DNA of 64,000 nt from Eledone cirrhosa (GCA_964016885.1 OZ024742.1:220224001-220288000), one strand, 5' to 3'. Positions 41,052 to 54,561 are shown, counted from the stretch's first letter. Numbers and translations: made by a program. The notes: generated by a model not told the origin, from the letters alone.

Positions 41052-42400
41052 TTCCTCCTGTTCATCATAGTCCTGCAGGCAATAACGGAGGAGTTTAAGA
41101 CCGGATGCCCATGGGAACTCCTGTATGCTGATGACCTCGCACTTATAGCTGAATCTATGGTAGAACTAGAGAAGAAATTCCAAACTTGGAAGCAGGGACT
41201 AGAGAGAAAGGGTCTCAGGGTCAACCTGACAAAAACTAAGGTCCTTGTAAGTAGACGAGAAAACAGAACCCAGATCCCCTCAGGGAAATGGCCTTGCTCA
41301 GTATGTAGGAAAGGTGTAGGTAGGAACTCCATTCTCTGCCCCAAATGCAAACAATGGGTACACAAGAAATGTAGCGGGATCTCAGGAAGCTTAACTAAGA
41401 ATGTTGGCTTCACATGTAGCAGCTGTGCTGGGACAGCAAGCAGCAAACAGCCACAGGAAACAAGTACCACCAATCTCTGGGAGGGCTCTGTAGAAACAGT
41501 AGACAGCTTCTGCTACCTAGGTGACCGAATTAGCAGCGGAGGTGGGTGTTCGGAAAGTACAATAACTAGGGTAAGAATGGGATGGAAGAAGTTCAGGGAG
41601 CTACTGCCACTGCTAGCTGCAAAAGGCTTCTCCCTCAAAATGAAAGGCAGACTGTATGATGCATGTATACGAACAGCAATGTTACATGGTAGTAAGACCT
41701 GGGCGCTGTCTGTGGAAGACTTGCGTAGATTAGAAAGAAACGAAGCCTGCATGCTCCGATGGATGTGTAATAGTAATATACGGGAACGGCAAAGCATAAA
41801 TGAATTGAGAGAGAGACTGAGCATAAGAGGAATCAAATGCTGTGTGCAGGAGAGGCGGTTGCGTTGGTATGGACATGTGATGCGTATGAAGGATGACAGC
41901 TGCATAAAAAGGTGCAGAGCACTAGAAGTCGATGGAAACCGCGGAGTGGGGAGACCCAAGATGACCTGGGATGAGGTGATAAAAGCCAACCTTACCCAAT
42001 TACACCTCTCAAAGGTGATGACACACGACCGTGACCTCTGGCGTCACGCAGTAATACAGAGTACCCGACCTCCCATGGGTACAAGCTGAAGCATATAGAC
42101 AATATGCCCCCGCACCCGCCACTACAAGGTGGTCGTGGAGGTGCCACGGCAAAAAAGCACCCAGCCCACACTGTAAAGTGGACGTGTAGGCGCCACGAAA
42201 AAGGACCCAGCACTCACTGTAAATGAAGTTGGTGTTAGGAAGGGCATCCAGCTGTAGAAATCAAGCCAAATCAGTTCCTGTATGAGCAAGGCATGGTCAG
42301 CTGACCAGACACTGCCCACAACAGGACAACCCATCTAACCCATGCTAGCATGGAAGAACGGATGTAAAACGGTGATGATGATGATGATGATGATGATGAT
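41052..42400 (+). mobile_element. 5'-truncated RTE-clade LINE
   Basis: LLFIIVLQAIT...LLYADDL, Cys-rich insert, RRLRWYGHV, GRPKMTW; 3' UTR and (GAT)n tail. Confidence 0.9.
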
Positions 42401-42520
42401 ATATATGTATACTTATATATATATATATATGTATACTTATATATATATATGTATACATATATATATATATGTATACATATATATATATATATATATGTAT
42501 ACTTATATATATATGTATAC

Positions 42521-42598
<78 letters not shown>

Positions 42599-43215
42599 AC
42601 ATATATATATATATATTTATTAAAATAACAGATTAAAGTTTAAGCAAAGAATCACTGCTTTCACCCTTAACGGGATCTTCTGAAACTTACAAAGTCAATC
42701 TGTAAACCCAGAAGTGAATATGTATACATATATATATATATATATATATGTATACATATCATCATCATCATCATCATCGTTTAACGTCCATCTTCCACGC
42801 TTGCATGGGTTTGGACGGGAATTTTCCCATTTGAGGCAAGATTGGTTGTCTTGCTCGTATAGGACTGTCTGGCGGGTTTTCTACGGCTGGATGCCCTTCC
42901 TAACACCAACCATGTTTACTGTGTGGACTGGGAGATTTTTACTGTGTTACCTACACGGTCACATTACAGCGTGGACGGTGTTTTTTTTGTCGTGACACCT
43001 ACACAACCTCATTTATTTCGGACTTATATATATATATGTATACATACATATATATATGTATACATACATATATATATCTATATGTATACATACATATATA
43101 TATGTATACATACATATATATATGTATACATACATATATGTATACATACATATATATATACATATATATATGTATACATTCACATATATATGTATACATT
43201 CATATATATATATGT

Positions 43216-43275
<60 letters not shown>

Positions 43276-43479
43276 ACATATATATATGTATACATATATA
43301 TATATGTATACATATATATATGTATACATATATATATGTATACATATATATATGTATACATATATATATGTATACATATATATATATATGTATACATATA
43401 TATATATATGTATACATATATATATATATGTATACATATATATATATATGTATACATATATATATATATGTATACATAC

Positions 43480-43529
<50 letters not shown>

Positions 43530-43580
43530 ACGTACATATATATATATATGTATACATACATATATATATATATATATATA
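42400..43580. repeat. (TA)n/TATG microsatellite region containing an RTE 3'-UTR fragment (about 42757-43020, minus)
   Basis: Visible dinucleotide tracts; source of the YI-rich spurious ORFs. Confidence 0.9.
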
Positions 43581-43664
43581 GTGGGAGAAGGGGATGGAAT
43601 AAGAAGAAAGCAGGTCAAGATATATACAAAGAGTGAGAAAATAATAGATATTATCAAATGAAAC

Positions 43665-46600
43665 TGATAATAATTTTTTTCTATTTTAGGCACAAATACA
43701 AGTACATTACTGGTACTTTATTTTATCGACCCCGTAAGGATGAAAGGCAAAGTTAACCTCAGCCGGATTTGAACTCAGATGTAAAGGGACGTAACTATGC
43801 TGGAAAGCATGTCCGACCCTCTACCGATACTGCCAATATAATAGTGGTTTCTAAGATAGGAACAAAGCCAAACATTGGCGGGTAGGTGAATGTTGATTAT
43901 ATTGGCCCCAGAATTTAAATGGCACTATATTTTATAAACTCCAGAATGATGGAAGGCAATGTTTACCTTGGCGCAAATTTATGCCCAGAGTGGAAATAGC
44001 CAGAACACATGTTACAAACCATTTTCTCCAACTCGTTAATGATACTTCTAATTCCTTTACCTTATAATATCAATTCTCAGACCGAGTGATGTGTTGTTTC
44101 CTTGAGCAAGACACTTTATTTCACATTGCTCCAGTTTACTCAGCTGTAGAAATGAGATGATAGGGACTGGGGTCCATATCATTCCACTGCAAAGTGGTCG
44201 TGGAGGTGCCACGGCAAAAAAGCACCCAGTACTCACTGTAAATGAGGTTGGTGTTAGGAAGGGCATCCAGCTGTAGAAATCAAGCCAACATTAGTTCCCG
44301 TCCCACCCTTAGCAAGCAGGGAAAAAGCGGACATAAAATGAAATGATGAATGATGATGATAATGGTTTCTTATATAGGTACAAGGCCAGCAATTTTAGGG
44401 GAGGGGAAAGTCAATTAAATCAACCCCAGTGCGTGACTGGTACTTTATTTTATCAACCCCACAAGGATGAAAGGCAAAGTTAACCTCGGCGGGATTTGAT
44501 CTCAGATCATAAAGGGCCATAATTCTATACTGCAAAGCATGTTGTCCGACACTCTACTGATACTGCCAATTGACCGCCCTTCATTCACTTGTAATAATTG
44601 TTTCTACTTTTGGCACAAGGCCAGCAATTATCCCAGTACATTACTGGTACTTTATGTTATCGACCCCGTAAGGATGAAAGGCAAAGTTAAACTCAGCGGG
44701 ATTTGAACTCAGATCGTAATGGGACGTAAGTAAGCTGGAAAGCATGTCTGACCATCTACCGATACTGCCAATTCACTGCCCTCACTTATAATAATGAGAG
44801 ATGGAGGCAGTGACAGTGGGAGTTTGATTCCATTGTGTTCGGACCTGGTGTATATGTATATATTTATTTACAACACCACATTAAGACTATTAAACACTTG
44901 TAGTTTCCATAATCTCACTCCAGTTCTCTTTATAACATTCATCACTATAACATCATGTCTATACTGACAGTTATGTCATAAAAACTACAGTAAATAATTG
45001 TTTCTACTTTAGGCACAAGGCCAGCAATTACCCAGTACATTACTGGTACTTTATTTTATCGACCCCGTAAGGATGAAAGGCAAAGTCAACCTCGGCGGGA
45101 TTTGAACTCAGATCGTAAAGGGACGTAACTATGCTGGAAAGCATGGCGTCCGACCCTCTACCGATACTGCCAATCCAATATCTTGCTGGAAAAGTACTGA
45201 AGCAGAAAGCAAAATGCTTCAGCAGACTATATTCAGTTGGCTGGAACCAGATGTATGCATGCATGCATGCATGTGTATATATGTATGTTTGTATGTATGT
45301 ATCTATGTATGTGTGTATGTATGATTGTATGTTGTATGCATGTATCAATGTATGTGTGCATATATATATATATGTATGTGAAGGCACGTGGCGTAGTGGT
45401 TAGTATGTTTGGATCTCATAATTTCGATTCTCAGACCAGTTGGCGCATTGTATCTTTGAGCAAAACACTTTATTTCATGTTGCTCCAGTCTGAATGTATG
45501 AGGAAGATGTGCCCCCCCCCCCCTGACCAGTCTTGCCTCAGTATGTGACAACCTGTTAACCTATGAAAGTTGGAAAATAGATGATTACAAACACACACAC
45601 ACACAAACACACTCAAATATAATGTATGTGTACATATAAGTACATATATAGGTATATGTACAGATAGACATACACCCTCGTATATTTATTTGTATATCTA
45701 TCTATTTATCTATCATCTACCTATATATCTGAAGGCGAGTGGCTTTGGGTTGCAATCATGAGGTTGTGAGTTCGAATCCCAGACCAGGTGATGTGTTGTG
45801 TTGCTTCAGTTTACTTAGCTGTAGAAATGAGCTGCGATGTCACTCGTGTCAAACTGTCTCAGCCATTGCCATTTTCTCCAACTCGTTAATGATACTACTA
45901 ATTCCCTTACCTTATAATATTAATGATAATGGTTTCTTATATAGGTACAAAGCCAGCAGTTTTGGGGGAGGGGAAAGTCAATTAAATCGACCCCAGTGCG
46001 TGACTGGTACTTTATTTTATCAATCCCGTAAGGATGAAAGGCAAAGTTAACCTCGGTGGGATTTGATCATAAAGGACCATAACTCTATGCTGCAAAGCGT
46101 GGTGTCCGACCATCCAGCGATACTGTCAATCCACCATCCTAATATAATAATAATAATAATAATAATCAAGAAATTAGAACATAATAGACCTGACCTGGTG
46201 GTTTTGGACAAGGAAAAAAGATCATGCCTGATTGTGGATGTAGCCTGCCCATTTGAAATGAGAGTGCAAGAAAAGGAGAGGGAGAAAATTAACCAATACC
46301 AGGACTTAAAGTGGGAGTTAAAAAGGATTTGGAACTGCCATGAAGTCAAGGTCGTCCCGGTTGTCATAGGTGCACTAGGTACTATCTCAAAGAGTTTCCA
46401 AGGTTGGTTAAAGAAGATTAGTCCAGCCCCAGTTTTTGGAACACTTCAAAAGGCATGCTTGCTGGGAACAGCAAGAACCCTCCGATATGTCCTGAATATC
46501 TGAGGTTGCAGGTAGTGGCTTGATATTAATTTCAACAAACTTTCCAATTAAATAACATTAATGACTGAGACTCAAAGAACAATAATAATTGTTTCTACTT

Positions 46601-47610
46601 TTGGCACAAGGCCAGCAATTATCCCAGTACATTACTGGTACTTTATGTTATCGACCCCGTAAGGATGAAAGGCAAAGTTAACCTCGGCAGGATTTGTACT
46701 CAGAATGGCAAGGGCCGTAACTCTATGCGTCAAAGCATGGCGTCTGACCCTCTACCAATACTGCCAATCCTCCGTCTGCCCTACAAGAACAATAATAATA
46801 AGAAGAAGAAGAAGAAAAATTGAAAAAATGTGGCATCTTAAAGCCTGTACAATACCAGTGATAGTCTATGCACTTAGAATGATAAAAAGGGAACTGAAAA
46901 CTATTCAGGCCAGATCCCTGGAAAGCCATTTTTGCAAGAGATACAGAAAATAGTGTTGACTGGCATTGTCCATGTCCTGAGAAGGGCAGCATTATCAATT
47001 TAAATACCTTGCAAAGACAGCTACTGTTGTTTATGCCCTTATGATATCATTTATATGACAATTGATTGTAAAATGTCTGTATTACCAAAATTTTGCCTCA
47101 GGTGTCAGGTTGACACTGATCATGATATGGGAAAGAAGCAGAATTCAAAAGAAGTTTCAAAAGAAGTTTCAAACAATAATAATAAAAATAATCAGGGATT
47201 GAACTGCTCCAGAAGACATGCCTACTGGGAACAGCTCAAATATTGAGAAATATACTGGGCTACCTGAAGTAGCGAAATGACAAGGAATGATAAGAAAATT
47301 TTGAAGTTACCCTAGGTTACTAGTTGTAGCCTGGTATTCCCTAAAATAACCGGCCCAAAGCAACATCAAAGCATCAAAGTTGGTTGTGATAAATAGTCAA
47401 ATAATAATAATAATAATAATTGTTTCTACTTTTGGCACAAGGCCAGCAATTATCCCAGTGTATTACTGGTACTTTATTTTATCGACCCCGTAAGGATGAA
47501 AGGCAAAGTTAACCTCGGCAGGATTTGAACTCAGACCATAAAGGACCGTAACTCTTTGCTGCAAAGCATGGCATCCGACCCTCTACCGATACTGCCAATC
47601 CACCAATTAA
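43665..47610 (-). mobile_element. Dense cluster of SINE family 1 copies (about 8), interleaved with other SINEs and R4/Dong fragments
   Basis: Repeated copies near 43670, 44360, 44595, 44995, 45930, 46585, 47415, each preceded on the plus strand by (AAT)n. Confidence 0.82.
46167..46590 (+). mobile_element. R4/Dong-type LINE 3' end (restriction-like endonuclease domain)
   Basis: HNRPDLVV...IVDVACP...KINQYQDL...VPVVIGALG...LQKACLLGTA; flanked by TAA repeats; more decayed pieces at about 46815-47400. Confidence 0.85.
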
Positions 47611-47621
47611 TAATACTGCCC

Positions 47622-47669
<48 letters not shown>

Positions 47670-47687
47670 TTGTTTCAAATTTTCCAT

Positions 47688-47831
47688 TTAAGACTCATTT
47701 TCTTCCATTTCAATTGTGTTGATATTTTCTTCAGGTTTTCTCCTATCAACTGCTGGAGCTTCTGTTGCTGATTGTTGTTGTTTCAAACATTTACTAGATT
47801 CCACCATGAAGTAGTATTTTTCCTTGCGTTC
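47688..47831 (-). CDS. TMC7: Transmembrane channel-like (TMC7-like) protein, terminal coding exon
   Basis: Acceptor TGTCAG|GAA; ERKEKYYFMVESS...EENES*; phase 0 matches the preceding exon. Symbol reflects recalled similarity, not a database search. Confidence 0.75.
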   Translation of the reverse strand, partial: ERKEKYYFMVESSKCLKQQQSATEAPAVDRRKPEENINTIEMEENES

Positions 47832-49237
47832 CTGACAGATGTAAAAGAGTTGACTTTTATGAATGTCTAAACTAAACAAACAAACAAAAATAACTTCTTT
47901 CTTACAATTTAGTATATGGTCCCAAAAAACTTTGATTAGTGAGAGTTTTCTCTTATTATACTGTACAGATAGTTTTTTCTCTCATGATTTAAATTTAAAT
48001 TTTATTTTATTGTGTTATTGTATTTGTGTGGTGGGTTTGGGCTAATTTAAGCTTTTATTTTGTTGTTAGGTGTTGTTGTCTAAGGAAAAATTATATCCGA
48101 CTTTTCATAGATTCAAGCTGAAGCATATAGACAGTATGCTTCCACCTCCCTCCCACTGATCATGTAGGTGTCATGACAAAAATCACCCAGTCAACACTGT
48201 AAAGTGATTGTGTAGACGCCATGGTAAAAAATCACCCAGTACTCACTGTAAATGAGGTTAGTGTTAGGAAGGGCATCCAGCTGTAGAAATCAAGCCAAAA
48301 TCAGTTCCATATGAGCAAGACATGGTTACCTGACCTAGCATTGCCCACAACAGGACAACCCGACTAACCCATGCTAGCATGGAAGAATGGACATAAAACA
48401 GTGATGATGATATTGCATCATACCTATGATACTGTGTGAACTAAGATACCTGCTCAAAGGTCTCTGGTATGAAAAGTTTTTTTGTTTTTGTTGTTGATAG
48501 GATTAAGTATCAAGTGAACTACAGGGTATATGATTCTAATTTATCTGGTAGCCACAATTCAAAAGAAACAAAATATCGAGTGTGATTGTGGCTTGATAAA
48601 TTTCCTCCTCTTAGTAACAGTATAGTGGATGGGATTTAATTTTAAACCTATTGGGTAATTGTATTTTGTGTAGTGTGTTTTTTGGTTAGTTTAGATTAGG
48701 CTTGTGTAAGGAAAACTTATATGTATGTAAATTATGATGTGAGTAACATATAGTTAATACAATACTGAAGAAGATTTTATCTTTATATAATGTTAAGTGA
48801 GTTAGGTGAGTCCATTTTTTAACAATAAGTTCTATGCCTCTTACAGGTCAAAGAAACATTCCCCCATTCTATAGTGCTATCACTGTACACTGTGTTGGAA
48901 TCTGTCAAAGAGGTCATTCCTATTCTTCGGTGATAGACTTTTACTGTCATTCACCATTTGGGAGTTGGGTACCCACAGCAGAATCCACTTATGTTTTCAG
49001 GCTGAAGAAAGCTTACTCTCTTTCACACATCAGAGAACCTCATAAGGATCTTGTGCTAAGTCCTTCTTCCTCTGACAATGTCATTCAAAACAACACACAC
49101 ACACAATATAATTCAGTTTTCAAGTTTCAGACCCCTAGTCCTTGATTAGTTGTCTTGTAACCTAAAGATTATACCATCTGCATGCCCTCATAGAGAGAAG
49201 CTATAACTGAAGACAATATATTTTAGCTACTACTTAC

Positions 49238-49316
49238 TGCAATCAATTTCTTTCTCAGTAATTTGATTGTGCTACTTTGAGAAGTAATTTTCTGATAGAA
49301 ATAGTAGAGAAACAGT
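49238..49316 (-). CDS. TMC7: TMC7-like exon
   Basis: TTTCAG|...|GTAAGT; (I)LFLYYFYQKITSQSSTIKLLRKKLIA; phase 2 in, phase 0 out. Confidence 0.82.
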
Positions 49317-49823
49317 CTGAAATGAAATATAGAGGAAAATGGGTATATCGTTATATCAATATCTCATGAAAAATGAAAATATTTTAATATAATATAGATG
49401 TGAAATGGATATATTGTTATATAATATACATCAAACCTGAAATTTGGTAACAGTCAATTCTATAAACCCCAATACTTGAGTACTTTCCTAGTACTTTATT
49501 TTATCAACCCTGGAAGAATGAAAGGTAAAGTTGACCACAATGGGTTTTGTACTTAGAATGTAAAGCGCTGAAACAAATTCTGCAAGGCAATTTGACTGAT
49601 GCTTTAAAGTTTATGACAATCCTGAAGACAGAGTTGGTTAGCTTAACAACAAATACTTTAAATAGCTAGGTACGACTTATGTAAGAGAAGCTATTGTAAC
49701 TCTGTATTATAACATAACATTAATGTATTTTTTAAAAAAAGATAACCAGTTCTGCCTCTTAGGCTACCATATATATTCTAAGATCAAAAACAGAAGTAAC
49801 TAAGAAACAGAAAATAATCTTAC

Positions 49824-49979
49824 ATTAATATTATGATTATTGTCAGAATAAAGGCCCCTGATGTAATAAAGCTGATAGTTACTGCAGCTGGCATAGGCCA
49901 GAACTCTGTGGTAACAGTTAAGATTTGATACATATATCTGTAAACACGGAATGGACCACAACTCCGGGATGGTGGAACC
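49824..49979 (-). CDS. TMC7: TMC7-like exon with PSxxCGPF motif
   Basis: TTACAG|...|GTAAG; (K)VPPSRSCGPFRVYRYMYQIL...WP...FITSGAFILTIIIIL. Confidence 0.9.
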
Positions 49980-50282
49980 CTGTAATATATAAAGTAAACA
50001 AGTAAAATAATAAATATTAATAGTATCTTACTTTGTAGCAGGGGTCAGATATTTAGTGAGGGAGAGGAGTTATGTTTAATTTGATTCATATTACTTCACT
50101 CATATTTAGATTATCAACAACAAAGAAACATAAGATTCTAGAAATAACAGCCAAATCTTCCTCAAATTGTACAACCTTTGCTTAATCAAGGAAAGATACA
50201 TTGTACACAATGTAGTTCCAGATAATTCTAAAATGATAGGATAACCATTACTGTAATACTTTTCATCACCTGATTTGTTTAA

Positions 50283-50502
50283 CCCTTTAGCATTTAAACT
50301 GGCCATATTCATGCAGAATTTTCTCAACTCTTTCTGATCAAACTGGCTGTAACTGGCCACTCATACTGATGTTAAGGAGTTGGTCTCAAAATAAATAATA
50401 TCAAAATCTCGTAGATTCGATATTATGTGAGATAATTTAAGAGGCAAAGTCTTTACCATGAAAATACAATAGTATATATAGAGTAATGTAAATGTTAAAG
50501 GG
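50283..50502. mobile_element. piggyBac-type MITE (220 bp)
   Basis: TTAA TSD, TIRs CCCTTTAGCATTT / AAATGTTAAAGGG; second copy at 56413-56632. Confidence 0.8.
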
Positions 50503-50559
50503 TTAATCAAAGTTAATATGGGTATAAAAACAGCACCAACATCAAAATATCTCCATTAC

Positions 50560-50876
50560 CCCGGCACTACACTCCACTACCTCTTCACTGCCACACCACA
50601 TTCAACCACCACTCCACTACCACTTCACGGTTACTCCACTGCCACTCCACATTCCATCACCACTCCACATTCCATCACCACTCCACCATAACTCTACTAC
50701 CCCTTCACTGCCACTCCATTACCCCTCTACTACCACACCACTGACACTCTTCACACTACTGCCACACCACTACCCATTCACTGCCACTCCACACTCCACC
50801 ACTACTCCACTATCACTTCACTGAACACTCCACATTCCACTGCCTCTCCAACACTACTCTCACTGCCATTCCACTG
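50560..50876. repeat. Degenerate CCACT/CCACA low-complexity repeat
   Basis: Visible pentamer-based repetition. Confidence 0.8.
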
Positions 50877-51332
50877 TAAAATTATTGTCTAAACTTTAGC
50901 ACAAAACCAGGAGAAGGTTGTAGTCATTCTAACTGACACTGTTATTGTTGCTTCTGTTTATTCTATTGTGCACAGAGAAATAAAAGACTAAGTCCCTTTT
51001 GATAAAATGTGACAATGTCCATTAGTGAGGCTCACATACTCATTATCCACCCAACAACATATTAATAATGACAACATCCGAACGTCAAGTAAAATATATT
51101 TCCTTGAAGTTAATTAACACAAAATAAATAAACTTATACAACATATACTATAACCACTAAAACCTCCCCATCATTGACAAATACATTTATCCATAAATGA
51201 CTGATGAGTTATCATATCTTATTTCAACATTACATGTAAAATCAATCCCTACTAGTTGCTCCACATTTTATACTTTGTTCTTCACAAGGCCAGATACAAT
51301 GCAAAATCAATGGAATAGAACAGTATACTTAC

Positions 51333-51463
51333 TTGCATATGACATAACCAATGGGAAGACAACACAGAAAAAAAGCTGCCATCAGTACTGAAGCAAATAG
51401 AGACTGTAATTTGGAAGCTTTGTATGGCTTGACAGATGCCACACACCAATAGAGAGCCGATAA
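51333..51463 (-). CDS. TMC7: TMC7-like exon
   Basis: CTACAG|...|GTAAGT; LSALYWCVASVKPYKASKLQSLFASVLMAAFFLCCLPIGYVIC; phase 0 in, phase 2 out. Confidence 0.88.
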
Positions 51464-51512
51464 CTGTAGATATATATAAAATTATTAGTATGTATGCACA
51501 CACTCACCTATA

Positions 51513-53606
51513 TCATCATCATCATCAACGTTTAACGTCCGTGTTCCACGCTTGCATGGGTTTGGACGGGGGTAGTCCCACTTGAGGCAAGAGTGATTGT
51601 CTTGCTCGCATAGGACTGTCTGGCAGGTTTTCTACAGTTGGATGCCCTTCCTAACACCAACCACATTTACAGTGTGGGTCTGGGAGGTTTTTACTGTGTT
51701 GCCTACACGGCCACATTACAGCGTGGACTGTGTGTTTTTTTGTCGTGACACCTACACGATCTCATTTGTTTCAGCCTGGATGGTGTGGCACCAACATAAC
51801 TTTACATAGAACGGGGTGGTGTGGATGGGGTGGGGGTGGGGGTGGTGGGACGGGGGGGGGGGGGGTATTTTGTTAGAGATGCCTACTGGCTGTAGTAGGT
51901 TTTACTATGTATTTAGGTAAGGCGGGTCTTCTCTGTTACTGAGTACCGCCAAAGGTCTCGGTCCAGTGACATTGTCTTGGAGAGGTGTAAGTGTGTGAGG
52001 TCGGAGTTTATCAGCTCGTCCCAGGTTTTTCTAGGTCTGCCTATTCCGTGGCTACCGTCTATCTTTATTGCCCTGCACTTTGTTATACAGCTATCGACTT
52101 TCATGCGCATCACGTGTCCATACCAACGTAGCCTTCTCTCGAGTAAACAACATCTGATCCCTCTTATTTCTAATTTTTTCCTTAGTTCGTTTATGCTTTG
52201 CCGTTCACGTATATTACTGTTACACATCCAGCGGAGCATGCAAGCTTCGTTCCTCTCTAGTCTGCGTATATCCTCTGCACACAATGCCCAGGTCTCACTG
52301 CCATGCAACATTGCTGTTCGTATGCAGGCATCGTACAACCTGCCTTTCATTTTTAGGGAGAACCCTTTAGCAGCTAATAGTGGTATAAGCTCTCTGAACA
52401 TTTTCCAACCAGTTCTGACTCTAGCTACTGTACTTTCAGAGCACCCTCCCCCACTGCTGATTTTATCACCCAGGTAATGGAAACTGTCCACTATTTCTAT
52501 AGAACCCTCTGCGCAATTGAAAGAGCTAGTATTTTGTGGGCACTTGCTGCTACTTATTGCACCAGAGCACCGGCCACATGTAAAATCTATGTTCTTAGTT
52601 AGCTTACCTGTGATCCCACTACATCTTTTATGCACCCATACTTTGCATTTAGGACATAAAATGGAGTTTCTACCTACGCCTTTCCTACACACCGAGTACG
52701 ACCATTTCCCAGAAGGGACCGCCGCCTTATTTTCTTTCTTACAAACTAGAACTTTAGTCTTAGCCAGGTTAATTTTAAGGCCTTTTGATTCTAGGCCGTG
52801 CTTCCATGTTTGGAATTTCTTCTCTAGCTCGGCCATTGATTCCGCTATGAGTGTCATGTCGTCTGCGTATAGGAGTTCCCATGGGCAGCCGGTCTTGAAC
52901 TCCTCTGTTATAGCCTGAAGGGCAATAATAAATAGTAGGGGGCTGAGAACAGAGCCCTGATGGACGCCAACTTTTACGCTAAACTCTTCACTATATTCGT
53001 TGTTAATTCTAACCTTGCTGACTGTTTCTTTATACATGGCTTGTATAGCTCTCACAAGCCATTCATCAACGCCTAGTTTTCTAAGAGCCCACCAGATAAT
53101 GGAGCGGGGGACTCTGTCGAAGGCTTTCTCCAAGTCGACAAAAGCTAAGTAGAGGGGTTTACCTTCAGCTAGGTACTTCTCCTGTAGTTGTCGTACAATG
53201 AAAAGAGCGTCTGTGGTACTTTTGCCTGACACAAACCCGAACTGCATTTCATCTAGGTCAATTCTCTCTCTGATTAGTTGTGCTATTACTTTTTCCGTGA
53301 CCTTCATGACCTGGTCGATTAATTTAATGCCTCTATAGTTACTCCTATCTAGGGCGTCTCCTTTACCCTTATAACAGTTAACGATGATGCTGCTATGCCA
53401 GTCCTTCGGAACAACCCCATTCTGTACGACTTGGTTAACTATGCGGGTGACCATGGTGTGTCCCACCGTGCCAGATGCCTTCAGCATCTCAGCAACTATT
53501 TCCGAAGGCCCAGCCGCCTTACCCGTCTTCATATCCTTGATTGCCTTACTTATTATACTCCCCTCGACTAACACTGCTGGTCCCTCTATTGGGTCGATAT
53601 GGAGAC
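51513..53606 (-). mobile_element. 5'-truncated RTE-clade LINE with uninterrupted RT reading frame, intronic in the TMC gene
   Basis: ORF 51913-53661: NYRGIKL, QFGF, FVDLEKAFDRV, GVHQGSVLSPLLF, YADD, RRLRWYGHV; 3' UTR and (GAT)n tail; no endonuclease domain. Confidence 0.93.
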
Positions 53607-54529
53607 ACACTTTGGGAGGATCAGGCTGCCAATAAAAACACATACATCTGTTGGTTTTCACTTCAGTTTATTACAAACTACAATACGGTGTAGGACACAC
53701 AAAGGAGAAACACAAAATAACAAATTAGTCACTGAGGAGGTCACAAAATGTGTGACAAAGAGCTTTGATAATCAATAAATAAACAACCATCTGGTTATTA
53801 AACTAACTGACTGGGAGTTTATAATAAATTGAAGTGAAAAACCAACAGGTGCATGTGTATTTATGGCACTCATAAAGTATAACTGTTTTAACACAGATTT
53901 TCTGATAAGAAATCTGCCAAAACAAATACAAAAATGAAGTACATATATATTGTGTAATGGATTCTTGATTTAGTATTTACAGAAACCAATCGAAGATATT
54001 CTATAATATCTATCAATAAGTTCCAGGTTCGTATTAACCTGTTTGTATTTTCGTTGTTGTAGTGGCGTCTGTGGTATTCTTCACTTAACCACAGTTTTCA
54101 ATTTCTCACACCTTTTGGGTGGACACGGAATGGATAATTGTTTAAGAGGTTCAATTTACAATTAGGATATTCCTGATTCAATCTGATTGAGTAGTATCTT
54201 TGGAGGTCACTTTTACTCTAGATACAAGTCGAGCCAGACCATAAGTGACATTGGGTAGATTGAAATAGTGTGGAAGCCTGTTAGACTGGTTATACATATA
54301 ATTCAAACACCCACTAAGTGATTTACATGTTAATCTAACAAATGCAATGTTCAGTTGATTGAATGCTCACGATCAATGCCTACAGAGAATCTATAAGCCT
54401 TTTCAAGATTTACCACATTTTTACTGATGTATTATCATTTTAATGGCGATCTCTCAGCAATGAAAATTCAGTTAATTGACTCTATACTCAACATCTGATT
54501 GAATAATCGTTGCATTGAATTGATTTCTT

Positions 54530-54561
<32 letters not shown>

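Noticed and set aside
40875-42089. 404-aa ORF as a genuine gene
   Set aside because: Chimera of a non-coding HHR repeat and a truncated RTE RT lacking the N-terminal RT motifs.
40212-43693. YI/IY-rich ORFs
   Set aside because: Translations of (TA)n and TATG microsatellites.
51812-51866. G-rich tract with quadruplex potential
   Set aside because: Part of the RTE 3' UTR (mirrored at 29325-29370); no evidence of a locus-specific role.
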